DNA from: an uncultured Methanosarcinales archaeon | GTDB taxonomy: Archaea; Nanobdellota; Nanobdellia; Woesearchaeales; GW2011-AR9 | Direction: 5' to 3' | Length of the DNA stretch: 64,000 bases | Assembly: GCA_964344235.1 (NCBI GenBank) | Contig: CAYFMJ010000001.1 | Span: 64,001 to 128,000 of the forward strand | Shown: positions 8,895 to 17,799 of the stretch, in pieces | Layout: every line of letters starts with the position of its first letter | How positions within the stretch are numbered: the stretch's first letter is position 1 | Notes under the pieces: generated by a model | What the model saw: the letters and a program-made list of their open reading frames with translations, nothing else | Told to the model about the DNA's origin: nothing | Databases searched by the model: none | Translations under genes and position numbers: made by a program

Positions 8895-9629
8895 ATGCCA
8901 TCATTTTGGAGACACGTTAACAGAGTACTTGAGGAGGCAGACATAGTGATCGAAGTATTAGATGCACGGTTACCGGATGAAACGAGAAATAAAGAGCTGG
9001 AGCAAAAAGTTGAGAAATTAGGCAAGAAGTTATTGTTTGTGGTGAATAAGTGTGACCTTGTTGCCAAGAGTAAAGTGGAAAAATTGCGAAGAGGGTTGAG
9101 GCCATCTGTGTTTATTTCAAGCACTGAAAAATTGGGAACGACGATTCTTAAGAAAAAAATATTGGAATTATCACGGGGGAAAGATGTCATAGTTGGTGTT
9201 GTCGGGTATCCAAATGTTGGAAAATCGTCTCTGATTAATGCATTATCTGGTAGGAAAGCTACACGAACTTCTTCTGAAAGTGGCCATACGAAAGGTATGC
9301 AGAAAGTTCGCGTTGATGGTAGGATTGTGATTCTTGATACCCCGGGAGTGTTTCCGTTTAAGGAAAAAGATAGAGCAAAACACAGTAAAATTGGTTCCAT
9401 TGATTATAGCAAAATAAGAGACCCAGAGGAGGCTGCACTACATTTGATTAACGATGAGTGGAATGTTATTGTGAAACATTATGAGGTTTCGGGAGAGGAT
9501 GCTGAAGAGATTTTAGAAGAAATTGGAAGAAAGTTTAACAAGTTACAGAAAGGAGGAGTTGTGAATATTGAGGTAGCAGCACGTTTTCTATTACGGGAAT
9601 GGCAGACAGGGAAAATACAACTAAAGTAG
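8895..9629 (+). CDS. Circularly permuted GTPase, RbgA/YlqF family
   Basis: Motif order G4 NKCD, G1 GYPNVGKS, G2 T, G3 DTPG. Confidence 0.9.
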   Translation: MPSFWRHVNRVLEEADIVIEVLDARLPDETRNKELEQKVEKLGKKLLFVVNKCDLVAKSKVEKLRRGLRPSVFISSTEKLGTTILKKKILELSRGKDVIVGVVGYPNVGKSSLINALSGRKATRTSSESGHTKGMQKVRVDGRIVILDTPGVFPFKEKDRAKHSKIGSIDYSKIRDPEEAALHLINDEWNVIVKHYEVSGEDAEEILEEIGRKFNKLQKGGVVNIEVAARFLLREWQTGKIQLK

Positions 9630-9688
9630 CAAAACTATTTTAAACAATTCTATCTTTCTTTGAAGTAATAAACTTTGAGGTGATTTTC

Positions 9689-10075
9689 ATGGGAGTATGC
9701 ACAAATTGTGTTGATAAGTATGGAGACTGGTTCTATTTCGTGTTTCGTTTATTAATCGGTCTACTGTTTTTCATGCATGGTTATGGAAAATTGTTTGGTG
9801 GAGAAGCTACTGGATTAATTTGGTGGGCAGGATTAATTGAATTGCTCGTAGGATTGGGAGTGTTCTTTGGGTTCTTTACCAGGTTAGCAGCGTTTGGCGG
9901 TGCGATTGTAATGCTAGTTGGGTATTTTATGATGCACTTTCCAATGGGCTGGAATCCGTTGCTTAATGAAGGACAAGCGGCAGTGTTGTTCTTTGCAGCG
10001 TTCTTAGTATTGATGCAGAGAGGAGCAGGTAAGTGGGCATTAGAAAGAGCTCTATTGAAGAAAGAAGTGTTCTAA
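9689..10075 (+). CDS. DoxX-family membrane protein
   Basis: FRLLIGLLFFMHGYGKL, GFFTRLAA; GAGGTGA SD before ATG 9689. Confidence 0.85.
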   Translation: MGVCTNCVDKYGDWFYFVFRLLIGLLFFMHGYGKLFGGEATGLIWWAGLIELLVGLGVFFGFFTRLAAFGGAIVMLVGYFMMHFPMGWNPLLNEGQAAVLFFAAFLVLMQRGAGKWALERALLKKEVF

Positions 10076-12261
10076 CTTCTTTCCTTTTTTTTATATTTTT
10101 TTTCCATTATTGAATTTATTTTTTCCGCAGTTTTTTGGCCGATGCCTTCTACCTCTGTAAGGTCTTCTGCAGTGAGGAGTGCTTTTATTGAGCCATACTG
10201 TTCCAGCAATTTCCGAGCTGTAGCAACGCCAATTGTTGGAAGAGAAGAAACGATAAATTCTAGCTGCTCATTGGTTGTTCTTGGTTTGTTAACGTGATAT
10301 GAAAAATCGCGTGATTTGTCTTGTTCACGTTTGGCCATAACGGCTAGCAGCGCTGCTGTGTCTCTTGCGTTTTTTGTGTATAAAACAGGGACGTGGAAGT
10401 CTAATGTTATAGATGAAAGCATGCCACGGATAGCGTTAGCGTGAACTTTTCGTACAGAATAAATATCTTCCTCACCTTCAATAATAACAACGGACTTTTC
10501 GAAATTATTTTTTAGGTGGCGGACTTGTTCGAGTAATCTTCCGTCAATTATGGAGGAAACAAAGTCGGGAACTTTCTTTAGTTCGACGCCTACTTTTCCA
10601 GAGACAACATAATCGGCAGATTCAAGTTGTGCCGTTTTGACGGAAACTCCGAGGTCAATTAATTCTTTGACAATGCGATTATTTTTTTCACGATGATCTG
10701 CTACTACTGCAACAACTTGCTCTTTTGGAATAAATGTTTGTAGAGAGGTGTTCTTTGTGGAGGGGGTGAGAGAGAATTCTTTTTTGAGTTTCTCCAAATT
10801 ACGGTACATTCGCTTTTCTTTATGATGAGAACTCCACCTATATCCTTCGTCGCGGGTTTTTTCTGTGACGAGGATGGTAACAGCACCCTCTTCTAATCGT
10901 CCTGTGCGGCCTCTCCTCTGAATAGCACGAATTGCTGAGGGAACTGGTTCGTAGAACATTACTTTATCTACTTTAGGGATGTCAAGGCCTTCCTCCGCTA
11001 CACTAGTCGCAACGAGAACATTAAATTTGTTGTTACGGAATTGATCTAAGATTTCTTTTTGTTGTTTTTGTGAAAACCCTATGCCATTTTTTTTTGTTTG
11101 ACCGACAAAGATGTGTGAGGGAATGGGGTGGAGTGTTTTAATGATTTGCTCAGCTGAGTCACGGAATTGTGTGAAGATAATGATTTTTGCATTTGGATCT
11201 GCAGTGATACGTTCCGAGGTGAGTTCTTTAAGTTTGAGAAGTTTAGGGTGTTGAATGTTTTTTTCTATAAGTTCCTCTGTCAGGTAGGCAGCTGCTTTGA
11301 AATTTTCGTCAAGTACAAGGTTTCTGACCGCTTTTACTTTCGAGGTCGTCGCTTCCTGCTTTAATTTGTTGCAATAGGAATGGAGAGGGTTGATGCCCTG
11401 TGTTTCCAATAATTCTATAGCGTGATCAACTTTCAGTGCTTCCGCAACTAATGAAACACTTTTGAGAATCTCAAAATCTTTGATGCCAGAAGATATCTTT
11501 TTCATCAATTCTCCCTGTAACCCAAGCATCTGCGTTTTTGTTAGATCAGAAGAGGAACAATAGCCATAGCCCATTGCCTGTAGAAGTTTTGATTTTCTAC
11601 AATCTTGCAGATATTTTTGAATTTTTTTGAACTCGTCGGGGAGAGGAACTTTTACCCATTGTTTCTTGATTGTTTGGACGTACGGTTTTACATCTGGGTC
11701 TTGTTCCGTTCGTACCTCAACTTTCTCGATATGAAGATTCGTGCAAACTTCTCTAATTTTTTCCATATCACTGCCAGGAGATGCGGTGAGAGCGAGGATG
11801 CGTGCGTACTTTGAACGCTTTTCGTATTGGTCAGCAATCCAGACATAAGAGTATTCGCCCGTTGCATGATGCGCTTCGTCAACTATTAGCAAAGAGGTTT
11901 CCGTTAAGTTGATGCGTTTATTGATTATGTCGTTTTCCAGCCCTTGGGGTGTTGAAACAATTATTTGGGAGGATTTCCAGAGGTCTGCACGTTTTTCTGG
12001 TTTTACAGAGCCGGTGAATAGGGAAATGTTTTCGTTCTTGAGATGGGTTTTGAGTGTCTCTACGTGTTGTTCACATAGCGGTTTTGTCGGGGCAAGCATC
12101 AGAATTTTTGATTGGGGGTATTGGTGTAGTCTTTGTGCGATGAGAAGGAAGGCAATGGCAGTTTTCCCTAAGCCAGTAGGAAGGACAACAAGTGTGTTTT
12201 TACTGACTGCCGTACCGAGGATTGTTTGTTGATAGAGCCTCGGGGTGAAGTTTTGAATCAT
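10072..12261 (-). CDS. hef: Hef helicase-nuclease (SF2 helicase + ERCC4/XPF nuclease + HhH)
   Basis: PRLYQ, LPTGLGKT, DEAH, TASPG, SVAEEGLDIP, QRRGRTGR, ERCC4-like VELKKVPDF. Start set at ATG 12261, about 25 nt from the TATA box. Confidence 0.93.
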   Translation of the reverse strand: MIQNFTPRLYQQTILGTAVSKNTLVVLPTGLGKTAIAFLLIAQRLHQYPQSKILMLAPTKPLCEQHVETLKTHLKNENISLFTGSVKPEKRADLWKSSQIIVSTPQGLENDIINKRINLTETSLLIVDEAHHATGEYSYVWIADQYEKRSKYARILALTASPGSDMEKIREVCTNLHIEKVEVRTEQDPDVKPYVQTIKKQWVKVPLPDEFKKIQKYLQDCRKSKLLQAMGYGYCSSSDLTKTQMLGLQGELMKKISSGIKDFEILKSVSLVAEALKVDHAIELLETQGINPLHSYCNKLKQEATTSKVKAVRNLVLDENFKAAAYLTEELIEKNIQHPKLLKLKELTSERITADPNAKIIIFTQFRDSAEQIIKTLHPIPSHIFVGQTKKNGIGFSQKQQKEILDQFRNNKFNVLVATSVAEEGLDIPKVDKVMFYEPVPSAIRAIQRRGRTGRLEEGAVTILVTEKTRDEGYRWSSHHKEKRMYRNLEKLKKEFSLTPSTKNTSLQTFIPKEQVVAVVADHREKNNRIVKELIDLGVSVKTAQLESADYVVSGKVGVELKKVPDFVSSIIDGRLLEQVRHLKNNFEKSVVIIEGEEDIYSVRKVHANAIRGMLSSITLDFHVPVLYTKNARDTAALLAVMAKREQDKSRDFSYHVNKPRTTNEQLEFIVSSLPTIGVATARKLLEQYGSIKALLTAEDLTEVEGIGQKTAEKINSIMEKKYKKKERS

Positions 12262-12298
12262 AGAAGTTCGAGGAGGAGTGGTTATATAAGGGTTATGT

Positions 12299-12322
12299 GT
12301 GGTTGTCGAGTGGGGGAGTGGG
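12299..12322 (-). promoter_or_regulatory. Conserved motif upstream of hef (core CCACTCGACAACCAC, 12299-12313), 9 nt from TATA TTATATAA (12282-12289)
   Basis: One mismatch to the core at 1810-1824, with identical spacing to TATA. Confidence 0.75.
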
Positions 12323-12355
12323 ATGTTTTTTATAGAAGTGGTGTTTTGAGAATAC

Positions 12356-12874
12356 ATGAAAACGATTATCTTAGTATGTGGGGTGCCAGGCGTTGGGAAA
12401 ACTTTTGTGAGTCGGAAGCTTGTTGGTGCTGTTGAGAATTGTTATTTATTGGATTCAGATGAATTTTGGACAATCCATGGTAGCAAGTACAATACAAATG
12501 ATGAGGAAAGTACGAGGGAAGCGTTCCGGATTAGTTATATCACACTGAAAACAAATGTTACGAAAGAATTGCTAGAGAAGTATGACGTTGTTATTGTTGA
12601 TGGTATTTTCACACGAAAAAGCGATAGGAAAATATTTTATGATTTTGCAGAAAGAGAAGGTTTTGCTGTGAAAATTATTCGGGTTGTGTGTTCCCCAGAG
12701 GTTGTTGAAGAAAGAATTAGAAAGCATACAGATCACGTTTGCGATCCAGAGGACAGGATGAAAGGGTTCCATCGCGCATCGAAGAAGTGGGAGGAGATTG
12801 AGCGAGAACACGTCGTTATTGATTCTAGTAAAGAAATTGATATCGTGAAGGTGGTAGAGCAATTAGGATTGTAA
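12356..12874 (+). CDS. P-loop kinase-like protein (AAA_33 type)
   Basis: Walker A GVPGVGKT, VIVDG, lid R..R. Confidence 0.8.
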   Translation: MKTIILVCGVPGVGKTFVSRKLVGAVENCYLLDSDEFWTIHGSKYNTNDEESTREAFRISYITLKTNVTKELLEKYDVVIVDGIFTRKSDRKIFYDFAEREGFAVKIIRVVCSPEVVEERIRKHTDHVCDPEDRMKGFHRASKKWEEIEREHVVIDSSKEIDIVKVVEQLGL

Positions 12875-13483
12875 GACTGGCTTTTTTGAGCTAACTTTCC
12901 TATACACCTGCCAACCAACCATCAGAATAGCAGAGATACCATAAATCCACCATACTATTTGTAAGAAGCCAGCTTGAAGGTGGGAGCCGAGATTAAGACT
13001 GTGAATCCATACTAAGAAGAAACCGATGTAACTTACCCATTCGAAGAAAGGAATGAGTTTGTGTAAAGGTTTGATTCGCATAACTAATTCGAAGAGGATG
13101 AAAATAGTGAAAGCGATGAGTGCGAGGATGATGAAGATAGCTTGTGTTGGAGCTACAAGGTCAAAGAGACTTTCGAGTGGTAAGAGATTAGCGGTTTGCC
13201 ATTGAGCAATTGCTGCCAGCAAAGGATGGGAGACAAATAAAATGAGAACCGCAACTCCTGTCCAGGCAAAGAATCTGTCAATAGAAAAATATTTCTGAAA
13301 GTGTTGTTTGAATGTACTTACTGTTATTTGCGTCCACATGACAGAAAATGCGAGTAAGCCAAGTGGTGGGAAAAGTAAGTAGAGGGAGAAAAATGAAAAA
13401 TCCCACCCAAAACTGGAACCCCACACAAAGAGGGGTAGGAGTAGTACTACAACAAATAGTGTTAAAAGAAGTTTCTTATTCAT
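12863..13483 (-). CDS. Ferric-reductase-like transmembrane protein
   Basis: Multiple TM helices with His residues (SHPLL, WIHSL) at heme-ligand-like positions. Confidence 0.6.
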   Translation of the reverse strand: MNKKLLLTLFVVVLLLPLFVWGSSFGWDFSFFSLYLLFPPLGLLAFSVMWTQITVSTFKQHFQKYFSIDRFFAWTGVAVLILFVSHPLLAAIAQWQTANLLPLESLFDLVAPTQAIFIILALIAFTIFILFELVMRIKPLHKLIPFFEWVSYIGFFLVWIHSLNLGSHLQAGFLQIVWWIYGISAILMVGWQVYRKVSSKKPVLQS

Positions 13484-13778
13484 CGGGTAAATCTTGTCTG
13501 CCAGTAATGGTGATGATATTGTTGTCTTTGGAAAGGGTTACTTCGTTAAGGTTGTTGATAACAATGTCATTGCCCATCAAATAATAGGAAACGTTTCGTA
13601 ATTCGTGAATTCTAATTTTTTCAACGTCAGGTATTTCAAGCACCTCAAATGGTACTTTCGCTTTCAAATGGGGGTTGTTTTCAGTGAATAAGCCAATAAA
13701 CGCTGTCTTAAAGCCATCTTCGTGTTTTCGTGGTTTTCGGCTGATGGTGATACTTTTTGCGTTGAATGTTTTCTCCAT
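13476..13778 (-). CDS. Hypothetical protein
   Basis: ORF in a tightly packed minus-strand run. Confidence 0.65.
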   Translation of the reverse strand: MEKTFNAKSITISRKPRKHEDGFKTAFIGLFTENNPHLKAKVPFEVLEIPDVEKIRIHELRNVSYYLMGNDIVINNLNEVTLSKDNNIITITGRQDLPDE

Positions 13779-13781
13779 ATT

Positions 13782-14123
13782 TCACTTCACGAAGTTCTCA
13801 CTTTTAAATATTCCGACAATTTCTTTCAGATGGAGGTAGTAGGAGATGCCGAAACCAAGAGCGAAGAACACCAGCGTCCAAAGTCGGCTCGTCCAGATAT
13901 TGCCGATGATGTAACCAAGCAGAAAACCGATTATGATGAGAATGAATGGGAGAATTGGTTCTGTTTGATGTTTAAGATAGTAAATTCTGCCTGCAACAAG
14001 GCCTGCCAGGAAGACAGAAATGTAGCTTAAGGTAGGACTTTTGATGAGAATTGAGGTGATGAAGCCAATAATGATGAATGTAATTGCAAATGCTTCTGCC
14101 CACTGTTCGTCCCACTTAATCAT
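13782..14123 (-). CDS. Small polytopic membrane protein
   Basis: Four hydrophobic helices; overlaps the upstream gene stop. Confidence 0.7.
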   Translation of the reverse strand: MIKWDEQWAEAFAITFIIIGFITSILIKSPTLSYISVFLAGLVAGRIYYLKHQTEPILPFILIIIGFLLGYIIGNIWTSRLWTLVFFALGFGISYYLHLKEIVGIFKSENFVK

Positions 14124-14857
14124 TTGTCAGACCCCGTGATAATGTAGATTGCACCAGCAATAGAGCCAAGGACAATGGCAATGATAATACCTGCTTTCGT
14201 TCCTGTAAGTAAGAGGACGGCTGCAAGAACAACCGTTGCAAGTGCTGTGTAATAGAGCCATCGTCGCGCGTAGAAGATTTTTAACCCATCCAACTGTGGG
14301 AATGGAAGTAATGAAGTGAAGGCCATAATCATGTTTAATTGTAACCCTTTGCTAAAGAAATAACTTTCTGGGACTGCGAGAAGCCCAATGCTAAAAAGGA
14401 TTGCTAAGATGAGGTTTCCAAAGATACCCCACATGCCAATAAAAGCTTCATTGCCCATGGAATGGCCATACCGAAATTCTCCTAGACGTTGTTTAACCAT
14501 AAATGAAGTTACCATGCCACCGATGATAACCAAAGGAATATTCCCAAAGCTGAGAAATGCGATTAACAGGGCGCCCACTAAACCTGCCCACCATACTTTA
14601 AATTCTGCTTTGTACCCTTCATTTACCGCGTAAATTTTCTGGCAAGAGATTCTAAACCAGAACGAGATGAGAGCGATGATTGTGACTAAGAAAAGGTTAC
14701 GGAAACCAATCGCTGCATCAAACACGTCAGTACCCCAATCTTTAAATGAAAAGATAAGCGCAGTCACAAGAATAGCAATAATTAAACCAGAAAGTTCTTG
14801 TTTACTAAAACGATAAAAGTCTTTGATACGTGAAAAGAGTTCTTGGTAGTGTCCCAT
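14120..14857 (-). CDS. Site-2-protease (M50)-like membrane protein lacking HExxH
   Basis: Retains LLPFPQLDG (NxxPxxxxDG-like); expected HExxH region reads FRISCQK. Confidence 0.55.
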   Translation of the reverse strand: MGHYQELFSRIKDFYRFSKQELSGLIIAILVTALIFSFKDWGTDVFDAAIGFRNLFLVTIIALISFWFRISCQKIYAVNEGYKAEFKVWWAGLVGALLIAFLSFGNIPLVIIGGMVTSFMVKQRLGEFRYGHSMGNEAFIGMWGIFGNLILAILFSIGLLAVPESYFFSKGLQLNMIMAFTSLLPFPQLDGLKIFYARRWLYYTALATVVLAAVLLLTGTKAGIIIAIVLGSIAGAIYIITGSDK

Positions 14858-14899
14858 TACACTGAAAAAGAGAAGTTGAAGTATTTAAAGGGTTTGATT

Positions 14900-16648
14900 T
14901 TAGTTCTTTTGTAATTTGTATAACTTATAGAAGTAACCTTTACGCGAGATCAGTTCATTAAATGAGCTTTCTTCAACAACGCGGCCTTTAGCCATAACAA
15001 CGATACGGTCAACGTTCCTTAGTGTTGAGAGTCTATGAGCAATTATAAGCATAGTTTTGTTTTTCAATAACTTTTCAAGGGATCTCTGAATGAGTGTTTC
15101 TGTTTTACTATCGAGTGCGGAGGTTGCTTCATCTAATATAAGTAAAGAACTGTCTTTGTAAATTGCTCTGGCAATACCAACACGTTGCCTCTCACCACCA
15201 CTTAATTGGTAACCCTTCTCCCCAATCAAAGTATTTAATCCCAGAGGGAGTTTTTTTATCAATGGATTTAATTGAGCTATTTTGGTGGCAAGTGTTAATT
15301 TTTTCAAGTCTTTTTTAGTGGAGCTTATTGCAATGTTTTCCAACAATGAAAGATTAAACATTTCTGATTCTTGCAATACGATACTGATTGTATCTGTAAC
15401 TGATTTGTGAGAATAATTCTCGAGGTCTTTATTATCAATTAGAATTCCCCCTTTTTGAGGAGAGTAAAGGCCTAGTAAAAGCTTTGCTACTGTTGACTTG
15501 CCGCAACCAGACTTACCAACTAGACCTATTTTTTCCCCGCGACTGATTGAGAGGTTTACGTTATTGAGAACGTTCTTTTCCTTGTATTTGAAGTGTAAAT
15601 TTCTAAATTCTATTTTTTTCCAGGCTTTTGATATTTTTGCCTTGTCGGTTTCTTTATCAATAATCTCTTTCCTAAAGATAGTCATGAACCTACCAACCCC
15701 ACTTTTTGAAGAAATAAAAGAAGACATGTTGTGAGTAGTTAAGTGCAGTGCAGTAGTCAGTTTATGGAGATAGGTGAAGTATACTAAAATTAAACCCAAA
15801 GTGATATTGCCCCTTACAAAATCTAGGCCAATGATCAGGATGAATGTGGCTTCAACAACTCCAGAAAATGATTTAATAGCTTTAAGTTTCTTCTCATTAG
15901 CAGCTCGCCTTTTTAGCCAAACATTGTAATATTTTTTCTCCTGGGTCTCAGCAGATTTTTGGAAAGTGTCTTTAAGACCGAGAGATTTTACAGTTAGAAC
16001 ATTAGAGGCTGATTCGTGGATCTTACCGCTAACATTTTCCCTAATTTTGTTCATTTCACTTTGCCAAAAATCTAACTTTTTGTTGTAATAGGCTTCCCCG
16101 TAGAAGTAAATTAGAGAGTAAATCGATGCAAACACCGCATACTTCCAATTTAGGGTCAAGAAAATTAGAATGCTCCCAATAAAATTCACAGATATATTTA
16201 AACCAGCATTTGAGAATTCTCTGATGCCGTTAAATATACTTTCACCTCCCTCATTGATTTTGTGAACTTTGCTTCCAGTATCCTCATTCTCGTGCCATCT
16301 AAGTTCTAAATTCATTAATTTGGACATGGCTTTAACGCGAACATCTTTTCTGATGTTAGCTGCAATAGTTTGCATTCTAACTTTTGCAAAAAATCTTAGC
16401 CAAACATGTACAACTCCAAGTATCCCGATGATTATTACAAAAATGTAAAATTTTTGTAGAGAATCTCCTGATTGGTATGTGCTAAAAAAGTCAATAGTAA
16501 GACCCAAAATAAAAGTAATTGCAAATGGGGCTAAATTCGAGATAGATCTTAGAATTGTGTAGAAGAGAAATTTGGTCCTATCTTTATCGAGAAGTGCCCA
16601 GTAATCTTTAAGATATCGAGGCCAGGTGTATTCATTCTTAACAGGCAT
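14900..16648 (-). CDS. ABC exporter, fused permease/ATPase
   Basis: TM domain, then GKSGCGKS, LSGGERQR, LILDEATSALD, IAHRL. Confidence 0.92.
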   Translation of the reverse strand: MPVKNEYTWPRYLKDYWALLDKDRTKFLFYTILRSISNLAPFAITFILGLTIDFFSTYQSGDSLQKFYIFVIIIGILGVVHVWLRFFAKVRMQTIAANIRKDVRVKAMSKLMNLELRWHENEDTGSKVHKINEGGESIFNGIREFSNAGLNISVNFIGSILIFLTLNWKYAVFASIYSLIYFYGEAYYNKKLDFWQSEMNKIRENVSGKIHESASNVLTVKSLGLKDTFQKSAETQEKKYYNVWLKRRAANEKKLKAIKSFSGVVEATFILIIGLDFVRGNITLGLILVYFTYLHKLTTALHLTTHNMSSFISSKSGVGRFMTIFRKEIIDKETDKAKISKAWKKIEFRNLHFKYKEKNVLNNVNLSISRGEKIGLVGKSGCGKSTVAKLLLGLYSPQKGGILIDNKDLENYSHKSVTDTISIVLQESEMFNLSLLENIAISSTKKDLKKLTLATKIAQLNPLIKKLPLGLNTLIGEKGYQLSGGERQRVGIARAIYKDSSLLILDEATSALDSKTETLIQRSLEKLLKNKTMLIIAHRLSTLRNVDRIVVMAKGRVVEESSFNELISRKGYFYKLYKLQKN

Positions 16649-16746
16649 ATTTTTTGAAAGTTTAAATCACGTTATAAACATGTCTGTTTTAGAATACAAA
16701 TTTTTATTAATAGATTAGAAACATAATGTTATAGAAGGCTGGTTTT

Positions 16747-17799
16747 CTATTTCTTTTGTAGTAACCACAGAACGGAAGATCCTTCGCCTCTTGGAATTGA
16801 TTCTTTTTTCAATAAAGTAAAAGCATTAGAGATAGATAATTCCCAGGAAGGTCGTGTGATAATAGCTAAACGGCCGCCCGGTTTGAGAATATATTTTGTT
16901 TGATAGTATATTTCATTAATTTTTGTTTCATCTTTCTGTGTAATATGGAAGATTACTAGGTCAAATGATTCGTTGTCGAAGTGCGTGTCAAGTTCATCCA
17001 ATTCACGTTTTGTTATAGTTATGTCTTTAGAGAGGTTGGCAAGCTTTGCGTTTTTTCTGGCTGCGGTAAAGTTCTGCATGCTAGGATCAAAGGCAGTAAT
17101 GTGTGCGGGTTGTTCTGTTGTTTTAGCAGAGATGTTTCCGAAGAAGGGAATAGCAGGGAGGTTATCTTCCTGAACTGGTTTGTTGGTGGCGAAGAGAGCT
17201 GCTTCAATCGCTAGTGTACCATCTTTCACAAAGCCAATCAATAGTTTTTCATCTTTTTGAAATTGAGAGAGTCGAATGATATGGTACGCTAGGTCTCCTT
17301 TGAACGAACCAGAATGGGGAAAGACGCGGTAGAATCGGTTGTTTAGTTCTCTGCCAAATAAGTCCAGCCCGATAAGATATTGCTGCTGGTTATAGTAAAC
17401 AAAAAGGGTAAGTGTTGGGTTTTTCAAATCGATGTTGGAAGGGAGGGAATGTTGTTTGAGTTGTTCTGCAATTTTTGTTGCTAATTCTTTTTGGATAATG
17501 GTACGTTGTTCTTGGTCTTTAACGTGTTCTACATCAATTTTGAACGTCGTGCCGTTGTTGAAAAATAATTCCCAATCGGCTTCTGGTTGACATTGCGAAG
17601 GGTCGTTGTAGCAACCAAAAGAAAGTAAGAGACGCTTGATTGATTGAGAATGATAGATAATAGTTGCTATTTCTTCTGCGGTTGTTGCTTCAAATTCCAC
17701 TGCATGTTGTAAGACTTTTGGTGTTGTGTTGATTAATTCAGAAATTTCTTGCGTTGCGGTCTTTTCTAAACCAGGGCTTGTGAGAGCATAGAGTTTCAT
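16747..17799 (-). CDS. THUMP-domain RNA methyltransferase (Trm14/UPF0020-like)
   Basis: N-terminal GLEK..QEI, THUMP region, [16 protein letters not shown]-terminal Rossmann MTase-like region. Confidence 0.7.
   Translation of the reverse strand: MKLYALTSPGLEKTATQEISELINTTPKVLQHAVEFEATTAEEIATIIYHSQSIKRLLLSFGCYNDPSQCQPEADWELFFNNGTTFKIDVEHVKDQEQRTIIQKELATKIAEQLKQHSLPSNIDLKNPTLTLFVYYNQQQYLIGLDLFGRELNNRFYRVFPHSGSFKGDLAYHIIRLSQFQKDEKLLIGFVKDGTLAIEAALFATNKPVQEDNLPAIPFFGNISAKTTEQPAHITAFDPSMQNFTAARKNAKLANLSKDITITKRELDELDTHFDNESFDLVIFHITQKDETKINEIYYQTKYILKPGGRLAIITRPSWELSISNAFTLLKKESIPRGEGSSVLWLLQKK

Noticed and set aside
8885-9400. 172-aa-scale antisense ORF over the RbgA-like GTPase, and similar shadow ORFs (e.g. 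54974-55501, 48769-49185, 40410-40844, 17854-18255, 61575-61985)
   Set aside because: They overlap well-supported genes on the opposite strand, lack motifs and have compositions expected of reverse-frame translation.
12262-12357. 32-aa N-terminal extension of Hef given by the ORF track
   Set aside because: The region contains the TATA box and conserved motif; family homology starts at MIQNFTPRLYQ (ATG 12261).
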